Part shown: positions 1 through 7,299 of the stretch, piece by piece
Layout: each line of letters begins with the position of its first letter
How positions within the stretch are numbered: the first letter of the stretch is position 1
Made by a program: the position numbers and the translations under genes
Notes under the pieces: generated by a model
The model's database searches: none
The model's input: only the letters and a program-made list of their open reading frames with translations
What the model was told of the DNA's origin: nothing
Source of the DNA: a virus
Strand: one strand, 5' to 3'
Length of the DNA stretch: 47,532 nt
Virus record (IMG/VR): IMGVR_UViG_3300046789_000012

Positions 1-127
1 GCACATTCCGAACGTCGACATACCGGGAAATCAGCCGAACGTTGTCGACGGCATATCGCTAGCCGTCGGCGATCGCGTCCTGGTTAAAGATCAGGTCACG
101 GTCACATACGCTAACAATATTTATTCC
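1..127. repeat. Terminal overlap copy A, identical to 47406..47532 (circular closure of the contig)
   Basis: Read directly: the 127 nt gcacattccgaacgtcgacatacc...gctaacaatatttattcc occur at both window ends. The repeat lies inside an ORF whose codon phase is kept across the junction. Confidence 0.95.
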
Positions 128-3073
128 GTGACCACGGTGGGCACGGGTTCGAATGGCACCTGGGCAAAGGCCGCAGACGCAGACGCGACCGGCGAGCTCG
201 TCACCGGCTCGACCGTCTACGTCGCCGAGGGCACGCAGGCCGGGCAGTCGTGGCAGCTGACGACGCTCGGCACAATCACGATCGGTACGACGGCGCAAAC
301 GTGGGCGAGGCAGACAACCCCGCTAGCGACTGTCACGAGCCCGGCAGTCGGCAACGTGGCCGCAGCCGTCGGCGTCGGCACCACCGCTGCGCGACAGGAC
401 CACACACACCTCGTGTCGAGCGGCACGCCCGTCGCGCTCACACTCGCCGGTTCGACCGCTGCCGGCAGCGCGACGACGCTCGCACTATCCGATCACGTGC
501 ACGCGCTGCCGGCGACTGCTACCGCGGTATCGCTCACAGTCGCCGGAGCTAACGCGCCAGGATCGGCCGTAACGCTGGCCAGATCCGACCACGTGCACGC
601 ACTGCCCGACGCGGCGAGTGCGGCATACGTCGACGCGCTGCCGATCAAGGTGGCGTGTCGCGTCGTCGCGACTGCTCCGATCACGCTGTCAGGCCTGCAG
701 ACCATCGACGGCATTCTGGTCAGTGCAACTAATCGTGTGCTCGTCATCGGTCAGGCGTCGTGGCAGACGAACGGAATATATCTGGCCGCCGCCGGCGCAT
801 GGGCACGATCCGCGGATGCTGACACGTCAGCCGAGCTGCCGCCGGGCATGCTTGTGCCAGTAGGTTCCGAGGGCACGACCTACCACGACACGCTGTGGCA
901 GATGCATGTCACGCCACCGGTCAGCCTCGGAAGCAGCGCTATGCCGTACGGCCTCGTTTCGAGCACGCTCGCAAGCGTGGCGAGTCCTAACGTGTCGGCG
1001 GCCGCCGCCGCCATCGGCAGCAGCATCACCAACGCCCGGCAGGATCACACGCACCAAGTCACGAGCGGCACGCCCGTTGCGCTCACGCTCGCCGGTTCGA
1101 CCGCGCCCGGCAGCGCTACGACGCTCGCACTATCCGACCACGTGCACGCGCTGCCGGCGACAGCTGCGCCCGCTGCGCTGACCGTCGGCGCCGCGAGCTC
1201 GGCAGGCGCAGCCGTCACGCTGCCGCGATCCGACCACGTGCACGCTATGCCCGGCGTCGCCACGCCGAGCACTGACGGATTTTTAAGTGCAGCCGACAAG
1301 ACACGGCTCGACGCGCTGCGCGCGCGCAGTTTCTTCGACGTCCGGCTAGCGACCGCGACCACGCTGCCGGCCTACACAGCGACGACGATATCGACCAATC
1401 GCCCGCGACTCACAGCGACAGCTAACGGCGCGCTATCGATCGACGGCGTCGCCGTTGTCGCCGGAGACCTGGTGCTCGTGCTGTTCGAGGCAGTCGCCAA
1501 CTGCGGCGTATACGAGGTCATTGTCGCGGGCACTGCGGGCACGCCCTATCAGCTCGATCTTGCCTACTCTGGCGCCTACACCGCAGCCGTCAGCGGCTCG
1601 CAAATGATCGTGCGCACCGGCACGGCTGGCTATGCGTACTGCAATCGACAGTTTCGACCCGGCTCGACCAGCAGCGGCCTCTATGTTGAGATCCCCGGCG
1701 CGCTCCAAGTCTGGCCGCGCGACACGACGCCGCCGACTACCATTTATCCAGGCTGGCTTTACGAGCTCGACCTGCTCGGCTCGTCAACGGTCAGCCTAAC
1801 GCTGGTTTCACCGTCTGGTTCCGAGCAGGTGTTGCGCGGCGTTCGGTTCGGCATCAATCACGGCGCGCCGATCACGACGCTCACCATCACGCCGAGCACG
1901 CCGAGCCGCATCGACTCGCCATACAGCTCTAACGGCCCAACCGGAGGCGTGCCGACAACGTCGACCACGTATTCGGCAATCGGCGGCTCGTCGACAACAT
2001 GGGTGTGCGGCCGAGGTTACACCTCATACAACCCCGACTCGCCCTACTGGAAAGTCGACACGGCCTATGGGCTAGCAGCCGAGTCCGTTACCGTCACCGG
2101 CGGACGCGTCGACATCATCGGCAGCGCACCCGTTGCAGGCTCGCTCCTGACCGGCCGCAACTCGGGGCAAGCCTGGTTTGTGCCGCCGACTGTCGACCCG
2201 AGCATAAACGGGTTTCGCCTCGCGCCCACGGCTGACGACTCCGTCGCCGCAGATGGCTCTTTCACGCTGCTCTACCTCGCGCCTGTCACAAGCGACCGCA
2301 TCTCACTGTATGACACCACCGTGTCAGACTGGCGCACCGTACGCGTCAACGGGTTTGGACAGGCCGTATCCGGCCGCACGACCGGGACGCCGTTTGACGT
2401 GTTTCTGCAGCTGTCGGCTGCGGCGCCGACCGATGGCACGGCCGCCGGCGTGACGATGGTGTTTCTCAACTGGACATCAGCCAGCGCCCGCGCGACCGCA
2501 ATCGCGCAGACAAACGGCGTGTGGGTCAAGTCCGGCGACCCGACACAGCGCTACCTCGGCACTGTCTACCCGCGCTCGGCAACGACCTATTCGATCGTTC
2601 GTTCTGGGTATACGACGACGACCTCAAAGTGCGACATCTGGAACAACGACAACCGCAGGTCAGAGATTTTTTGGCAAGAGACCGCCTGGACAGGCTCGCT
2701 CGCGACCTCGTCTGCAAATACCTGGTTCATGGCGACCACGGGCCATAAGTTCGAGTTCATCACCGGTCGCGCGATCACGCCGCTAGATGCGCAAATGAAC
2801 ATCGGCGTCAACAGTGCAGGCGTCGCTAACGCCGGCTACTGCGGAATCGCACTCAACTCGACGACGCCGGCGCATGGCGGCCGCGCAGCCACCACAGCCG
2901 GCGAAATCCTGAACGCGGAAACCTATCTCTATTACACGCCGCCGGTCGGTTACAACTTCCTCAACTTCATGCTGCTCGGCACTGCAACGAGCGTGCTTTT
3001 CTACACGACCGACGACCCCGCAGGCGCGATACCGATCTACTGGGCAGACGCGTTCACCCGCTATGAATACTAA
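128..3073 (+). CDS. Tail fibre protein, C-terminal 981 codons; continues the ORF opened at 43543. The GTG at 128 is an internal Val codon, not a start.
   Basis: The frame from 43543 reaches 47532 without a stop, and 47532 corresponds to base 127, so the next codon starts at 128. One ~100-aa repeat module is split by the junction. DHxH motifs lie at 398, 491, 587, 1043, 1136 and 1232. Stop at 3071..3073. Confidence 0.85.
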   Translation: MTTVGTGSNGTWAKAADADATGELVTGSTVYVAEGTQAGQSWQLTTLGTITIGTTAQTWARQTTPLATVTSPAVGNVAAAVGVGTTAARQDHTHLVSSGTPVALTLAGSTAAGSATTLALSDHVHALPATATAVSLTVAGANAPGSAVTLARSDHVHALPDAASAAYVDALPIKVACRVVATAPITLSGLQTIDGILVSATNRVLVIGQASWQTNGIYLAAAGAWARSADADTSAELPPGMLVPVGSEGTTYHDTLWQMHVTPPVSLGSSAMPYGLVSSTLASVASPNVSAAAAAIGSSITNARQDHTHQVTSGTPVALTLAGSTAPGSATTLALSDHVHALPATAAPAALTVGAASSAGAAVTLPRSDHVHAMPGVATPSTDGFLSAADKTRLDALRARSFFDVRLATATTLPAYTATTISTNRPRLTATANGALSIDGVAVVAGDLVLVLFEAVANCGVYEVIVAGTAGTPYQLDLAYSGAYTAAVSGSQMIVRTGTAGYAYCNRQFRPGSTSSGLYVEIPGALQVWPRDTTPPTTIYPGWLYELDLLGSSTVSLTLVSPSGSEQVLRGVRFGINHGAPITTLTITPSTPSRIDSPYSSNGPTGGVPTTSTTYSAIGGSSTTWVCGRGYTSYNPDSPYWKVDTAYGLAAESVTVTGGRVDIIGSAPVAGSLLTGRNSGQAWFVPPTVDPSINGFRLAPTADDSVAADGSFTLLYLAPVTSDRISLYDTTVSDWRTVRVNGFGQAVSGRTTGTPFDVFLQLSAAAPTDGTAAGVTMVFLNWTSASARATAIAQTNGVWVKSGDPTQRYLGTVYPRSATTYSIVRSGYTTTTSKCDIWNNDNRRSEIFWQETAWTGSLATSSANTWFMATTGHKFEFITGRAITPLDAQMNIGVNSAGVANAGYCGIALNSTTPAHGGRAATTAGEILNAETYLYYTPPVGYNFLNFMLLGTATSVLFYTTDDPAGAIPIYWADAFTRYEY

Positions 3074-3806
3074 CAGCGTCGCCGTCGGCATCATGACGAT
3101 CCCCGCTCGAGCCGAGCACTGCCGGCGACTCGTCGAGCGCATCGGCGGCGACTTGACCGTTCACGTCGACGTGAATCGTCGCGGCTGCTGGCCTGCCTGG
3201 AAGGCGACTTGGCTTGCGTGCGCAGCAAATCAGCCGCGCGCGACGCACATCGCGATCCTCGCCGACGACATCGCTGTGTGTGCCGACCTGCGCGCGACGC
3301 TCGAGGCGCTCGTCGCTGCACGGCCGCACTCGCCGATCGGCGGCTGGCTGCCGCGCGCCCAAGTAGAGCTCGCGCACGCGCAGGGCATACGCTGGGCAAG
3401 CACGCGCAGCCTACAGTTTGTGCAGCTGCTCGTGCTGCCGCGCGAGCTCGGCGACCGCGCCCTCGACTGGGTTTGCGATCGCGAGCACCTATTCGGCGAC
3501 CTCTGGGGCCCTTGGGACGACGAGCGGCTCAAAGCGTTCACGCGCGCAAACGACCTCGCGACCTACGTGCCCGTCCCGAACATTTGCGACCACCTCGGCG
3601 GCGATGGCACGATCCCGTCGAGTTTTGGGCATCGGTTCGCGCCCGAGTCCGCTCGAGCGCGCGTATGGCTCGGCGAGGCCGGCCTCGGCGCTGCCGTCGA
3701 CTGGTCCGACCTGCGTGCCGTCGGCGACCAGCCTGTTCACCCTTACCGCCTGCCGCGACTGTTGCTCACTGACTACAACAGCAATCCCGACGAGGTGCCG
3801 CCGTGA
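3063..3806 (+). CDS. Putative GT-A-fold glycosyltransferase-like protein (fibre-adjacent)
   Basis: 247 aa; starts 11 nt before the fibre stop. The N-terminal strand VAVGIMTIPAR and acidic motif HIAILADDIAVCADL resemble the DxD core of GT-A glycosyltransferases. Similarity is recalled only. Confidence 0.45.
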   Translation: MNTNSVAVGIMTIPARAEHCRRLVERIGGDLTVHVDVNRRGCWPAWKATWLACAANQPRATHIAILADDIAVCADLRATLEALVAARPHSPIGGWLPRAQVELAHAQGIRWASTRSLQFVQLLVLPRELGDRALDWVCDREHLFGDLWGPWDDERLKAFTRANDLATYVPVPNICDHLGGDGTIPSSFGHRFAPESARARVWLGEAGLGAAVDWSDLRAVGDQPVHPYRLPRLLLTDYNSNPDEVPP

Positions 3807-4906
3807 GCTGCTATGGCAATCCATCGACCATCGACCTAGGTGCCCGGTTCGCCGACCGACAGGTCGGCAGCACGCGCGAGCCTTACGTGTATCGCGTCGA
3901 ATGGTACCTGCGCCCGATCGACCTCGCGAACGCGATCGTCACGTTCACCATGGTCAACGCAGACACGGGCATCATCAAGATCCTGAAAGGCATCGGCGTC
4001 GGGCAGACCGACGGCACCGCGTTCTACCAACCCGTTGCAGCCGACGTCGACACGGCCGGAATCTATCGCTGTCAGTACACAGCGACCTACGGCGGCTCCG
4101 TCTACGTCTCGCCCTGGATTCAATCGCGCATCATTCGCAACGTCGAGACGCCGCCGCCCTTCCCGTCGCCGCCCTATCCCTATCCACCGCGCAGCGTGAG
4201 CCCATACCTCACGCCGCCGCGCTCCGCGCCAGTGTTCAACGACGAGTTTCGCAGCGGCGACCCGGCGCTCGAGCGTCGCGGGTTCCTCTGCTACTCGACG
4301 ACAACCGGGCAGGCGATGGCGCGCCTCGGCGACGTCACTGTCGGCGCGCCGAACATCGTCGGCAACTACTACAACAGCTCGATCGTCGACGGCCTGCTGC
4401 GCGTGCAGTCGCTGACAAGCATGCACGTCGTAAAACCAGTCACCGGCGCGCCGCTGCAGGTCGTCGCGCACCTCGGCGATCCTCGCATGAGCGTCGACCA
4501 CACGTGCATTCTGCAGGCCTGCGACTACGCCGGCGCAATCGATGCGATCAGCCAACGCGTGTTCACTGGGTACCAAGCCGGCAGCCAGACGCTCTCGGCG
4601 ATGCTCGCGAACGAAGACTATCAGCAGCAACGTGTCGCCGTGCCGCCGGCAGACAGCAGCGCATACGTGTTCATGCTCGACCTGCAGATCTCGGGACCGC
4701 CGGCGACGCCGGCCTACGACTGGCGCAACGCTGTGATCGAGCCGCTCACAGGCCGGCTCGTGTGGATCGACGAGGCCGGCCTCGACCTCGCACCAATCTC
4801 GCCTATCCGCGCAGGCCTCGAGCTCGTCACGGCGAACAAGCCGTATTCCTGGGTAGAGATCGGCTTTATTCGGGCCTACCCAGCTGGCAGCTGGTTCCCG
4901 CTGTAA
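3803..4906 (+). CDS. Putative tail-associated carbohydrate-binding / receptor-binding protein
   Basis: 367 aa; GTGA overlap with the upstream gene. Beta-rich N-domain (YRCQYTATYGGSVYVSPW), proline linker PPPFPSPPYPYPP, and a C-terminal ~220 aa starting FNDEFRSGD that looks like a lectin/jelly-roll domain. Confidence 0.5.
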   Translation: MSCYGNPSTIDLGARFADRQVGSTREPYVYRVEWYLRPIDLANAIVTFTMVNADTGIIKILKGIGVGQTDGTAFYQPVAADVDTAGIYRCQYTATYGGSVYVSPWIQSRIIRNVETPPPFPSPPYPYPPRSVSPYLTPPRSAPVFNDEFRSGDPALERRGFLCYSTTTGQAMARLGDVTVGAPNIVGNYYNSSIVDGLLRVQSLTSMHVVKPVTGAPLQVVAHLGDPRMSVDHTCILQACDYAGAIDAISQRVFTGYQAGSQTLSAMLANEDYQQQRVAVPPADSSAYVFMLDLQISGPPATPAYDWRNAVIEPLTGRLVWIDEAGLDLAPISPIRAGLELVTANKPYSWVEIGFIRAYPAGSWFPL

Positions 4907-4922
4907 ACCGCTCTAGAGCGCA

Positions 4923-4937
4923 GGCGATATAGGCTGC
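4923..4937 (+). repeat. 15-nt direct repeat GGCGATATAGGCTGC, copy 1
   Basis: Identical 15-mer at 5894..5908; the reverse complement resembles GCCTATATCG at 15720..15729. Confidence 0.9.
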
Positions 4938-5028
4938 AGTGTGGCACATATGCGCACACTCGAACACATGGCGCTGAGCCTAATGTGAGACCTAGACGCG
5001 CTCGCGCCGCTCGTCGCATGCTGCGGCG

Positions 5029-5262
5029 ATGCAGGAGCATCACACCACCTATCGCGAGGCCGACGGCGCACTGCGAGCGGCAGGCTACCGCTACGACCTG
5101 ATCGGCGGCATGTGGCGACACCCACGCGGCAAGACGGCGACGATCAAGCGCGCACAGCGCTCGAGCGCCGAGCCGCCGGCGTACGTCGTGAGCTACTGCC
5201 CTGCGACAGAGCTCGTCGCGATGCGCAGCTGCTCGAGCGCCTCGAGCGACGCGCAGCCGTAG
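5029..5262 (+). CDS. Hypothetical protein (77 aa)
   Basis: Third-codon-position G+C about 87 percent by hand count. No domain recognised. 70-nt convergent overlap with 5193..5462. Confidence 0.4.
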   Translation: MQEHHTTYREADGALRAAGYRYDLIGGMWRHPRGKTATIKRAQRSSAEPPAYVVSYCPATELVAMRSCSSASSDAQP

Positions 5263-5462
5263 TCGACAACGAACGCGCCGCCGCCTGACGCGATCGACCC
5301 TGCGGCGAGCGTCGGGCGCAGGCCTCGCGCTGGCAGCCGACCCAGCAGCAGCCAACGGCGCTGCAGCGTCCCGTCGCGCATCCTGCGGCACGGAAACGCG
5401 TCGACCTGCGCTGCGCGCCCGTGCGGCAGCACCACCTGCCAGACCATCGCCCTCGACTTCAC
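5193..5462 (-). CDS. Hypothetical protein (89 aa), downstream partner of the XRE regulator
   Basis: Third-position G+C about 88 percent by hand count. The ATG lies 8 nt after the stop of 5470..5793 on the same strand. Confidence 0.45.
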   Translation of the reverse strand: MKSRAMVWQVVLPHGRAAQVDAFPCRRMRDGTLQRRWLLLGRLPARGLRPTLAAGSIASGGGAFVVDYGCASLEALEQLRIATSSVAGQ

Positions 5463-5469
5463 AGCCGCC

Positions 5470-5793
5470 CTACCCTACCAGCGGCAGCGCGAGCTGCCCG
5501 TTTGCGGCCTCGACGACCGCCGGGCCTGTCTTGGCGAGCGGCCGCATCGGCAGCCGCTCGGCGCCCGTCGACAGGACGATCGACCACATGCGAGCGCGCA
5601 TGTGCTGGCTGGGAACGCGCACGCCCCGCTCATACATGCTCACTGTGTCGACCGAGCAGCCGACCAGCCGAGCAAAGTCGCCGAGCCGCATTCGACGTCC
5701 GCTCGGCAGCCGCTGCGCGAGACGCCATCGGCGCAGCTCGAGGCCCTCACCCTTCGCACCGCGACCCTCGAGCTCGTTAATCGACAGTTCCAT
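5470..5793 (-). CDS. XRE-family helix-turn-helix transcriptional regulator
   Basis: 107 aa from the ATG preceded by taggtgtgg (SD-like). LGDFARLVGCSVDTVSMYERGVRVPS is a classic HTH_3 motif. Confidence 0.75.
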   Translation of the reverse strand: MELSINELEGRGAKGEGLELRRWRLAQRLPSGRRMRLGDFARLVGCSVDTVSMYERGVRVPSQHMRARMWSIVLSTGAERLPMRPLAKTGPAVVEAANGQLALPLVG

Positions 5794-5893
5794 GGCCACA
5801 CCTAAACCCGTCTCACGCACTCGCCAGCTAGTGAGCGAGCGGTCTAGCCCACTCGCTCACTCGCCAGCCTAGCATGCCGCATACACCGCCGCC

Positions 5894-5908
5894 GGCGATA
5901 TAGGCTGC
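5894..5908 (+). repeat. 15-nt direct repeat GGCGATATAGGCTGC, copy 2
   Basis: Identical to 4923..4937. Confidence 0.9.
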
Positions 5909-5926
5909 CGCATACAGGCTCGGCGC

Positions 5927-6349
5927 TCACTGCACTTTGCGGCCGCCAGTGCGCAGGTAAGCCTGCACTGCATACGCCAGCTCGGCGGCAAGTGTGCGGC
6001 TGTTCCGATCGGCGAGCGCCTGCAGCTCGTCGCGCTGCTCGTCGCTGACGAGCGACTCGACGCCGCCGAGGAAAGCCTCGACCGACCTGCCGATCGTCGC
6101 GCTCAACTCCTGTCGCTGTTCGAAGCCGTAGCGCCGCAGCCGCTCGCCGAGCTCGCGCGGCAGGTAAGCCGTAAACCTGTCGAGCTCGTCGCCGCGCGTG
6201 CGATGCACGAGGCCGCGCGCCGAGCCTTTCGAACCGCGGTGTGCGGGCGCAGGCTTCGCCGCCGCCGTGCCCGGTATCAGCGTCTGAACCGACCGACCAC
6301 CCTCGCCACGCCCGCGCAGGGTTGCCTTGACCGCCTTAGTCGCACTCAT
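5927..6349 (-). CDS. Ribbon-helix-helix protein, probable centromere-binding partner of ParA (ParG-like)
   Basis: 140 aa; ATGA overlap with the parA stop. DRFTAYLPRELGERLRRYGFEQRQELSATIGRSVEAFL has a strand-helix-helix pattern. The longer ORF-track start (6451) would overlap parA by about 100 nt. Confidence 0.6.
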   Translation of the reverse strand: MSATKAVKATLRGRGEGGRSVQTLIPGTAAAKPAPAHRGSKGSARGLVHRTRGDELDRFTAYLPRELGERLRRYGFEQRQELSATIGRSVEAFLGGVESLVSDEQRDELQALADRNSRTLAAELAYAVQAYLRTGGRKVQ

Positions 6350-7080
6350 GCCCGTTTCCTCCTCTGTGGTTTCTCGACTGCAATGCCGCCGCTCGAGGCG
6401 CCCTCGAGCTCGCTCGCCAGCTGCCGCACCTCGGCGGCTGCCAACCCCCACGCGCAGAACGTCGTCACGCCGAGGCCTGCGGCTGTCGCGCGGCCGAAGT
6501 CTTCACGGTTGCCGAGGCGCGCCTCGAGCAGCGGCAGCTGCGCGCCGCCGAGCGCCTCGTCGGCGTCGCGCGACGCCACAGACAGGCCTTTGACCTTGTT
6601 ACGCAAGACCGAGGCGACTAGGCGGCGCCTCGACGCGCGCTCGCGCTGCACGAGCTCGAGCATCGGCACGATCCCCCATAGGTCGGCAGCGTGCGGGCCC
6701 GTCGGCACGACGACTTGGTCGGCGATCGACACGGCCGCTAGCTGCACGTCTTCGTTGCTCGGCGGCGTGTCGAGCAGGCAGAGGTCGAAACCCTCGGCGA
6801 GCGTCGGCACGACTCGACGGATCAAGTCGGCTTTCTGCTCGTCGCTGGTGCGACGCTGGTCGGCGCTGTCGAGATGCACCACGTGCAGCCGCTCGTCGTC
6901 GGCGACATTCTCGCGCCTAACGTCGTACCAGATCCGCAGCGTGCCCTGCGGATCGGCATCGACGGCGAGCACGGACAGCCCTCGCCGATGCCACTCGACG
7001 GCGAGCGAGATCGCCGTTGTCGACTTGCCGACGCCGCCCTTAGAGCCGACGACGGCGAGCACCCATGCCTTATTCCGCAT
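6346..7080 (-). CDS. parA: ParA/Soj-family partition ATPase (small, no N-terminal HTH)
   Basis: 244 aa; deviant Walker A GSKGGVGKSTTA near the N-terminus, plus DADPQG and LLDTPP motifs. Confidence 0.9.
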   Translation of the reverse strand: MRNKAWVLAVVGSKGGVGKSTTAISLAVEWHRRGLSVLAVDADPQGTLRIWYDVRRENVADDERLHVVHLDSADQRRTSDEQKADLIRRVVPTLAEGFDLCLLDTPPSNEDVQLAAVSIADQVVVPTGPHAADLWGIVPMLELVQRERASRRRLVASVLRNKVKGLSVASRDADEALGGAQLPLLEARLGNREDFGRATAAGLGVTTFCAWGLAAAEVRQLASELEGASSGGIAVEKPQRRKRA

Positions 7081-7135
7081 ACATCCTCGGATTCTCCGTG
7101 ACCGCCTGACACGCGTCAGAGCGCTAGAGCCTACG

Positions 7136-7145
7136 CGCTATAGCG
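7136..7145. promoter_or_regulatory. Perfect palindrome CGCTATAGCG (site 1 of 4), upstream of parA
   Basis: The same 10-mer recurs at 12292, 12597 and 29080, always in non-coding DNA. It contains a TATAGC -10-like hexamer on both strands. Confidence 0.5.
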
Positions 7146-7299
7146 TCCAGACGTCAAGTGAGCGAGCGCGCGAGCGGTCTAGCGGTTGAGTGCTCTAGGG
7201 CACAAGAGCACCGGTGCACTAGGCAACCGGCAGCCTACACACGTTTGTGTTCATGCTAATGTGTTGCGCCGATCGAGCGGCGAGTGTAGAGTCGGATTC

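Noticed and set aside
1-127. Terminal 127-nt repeats as attL/attR or physical direct terminal repeats
   Set aside because: The repeat lies inside a coding repeat module with reading-frame continuity across the junction. This fits a circular-assembly overlap, not a site-specific recombination duplication or packaging terminus.
128-3073. ORF-track entry 128..3073 as an independent 981-aa gene starting at GTG 128
   Set aside because: The GTG immediately follows the 127-nt terminal overlap, and the frame is continuous with the open ORF 43543..47532. A repeat module is split exactly there, and there is no RBS or upstream stop. It is the C-terminal part of the fibre.
3418-4932. 504-aa + strand ORF overlapping the genes 3063..4906
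   Set aside because: The translation is extremely Arg/Ala/Pro/Ser-rich and low-complexity, in an alternative frame of two well-behaved genes. This is a typical high-GC shadow ORF.
5927-6451. Longest-ORF starts for several genes (6451 for the RHH gene, 12403 for 11912.., 7186 for 7300.., 16786 for the DnaC-like gene, 18592 for the RuvC-like gene, 20266 for terS, 32898 for 33078..)
   Set aside because: The extensions are Arg-rich, overlap the preceding gene extensively or run through regulatory repeats. Internal starts give ATGA/GTGA coupling or an SD.
6203-7189. 328-aa + strand ORF covering the par locus; also 10551..11330 (259 aa) and 9051..9599 (182 aa)
   Set aside because: These are antisense or alternative-frame to ParA (clear Walker A), the HTH gene and the recombinase. 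Their translations are Arg/Ser/Ala-rich without motifs.
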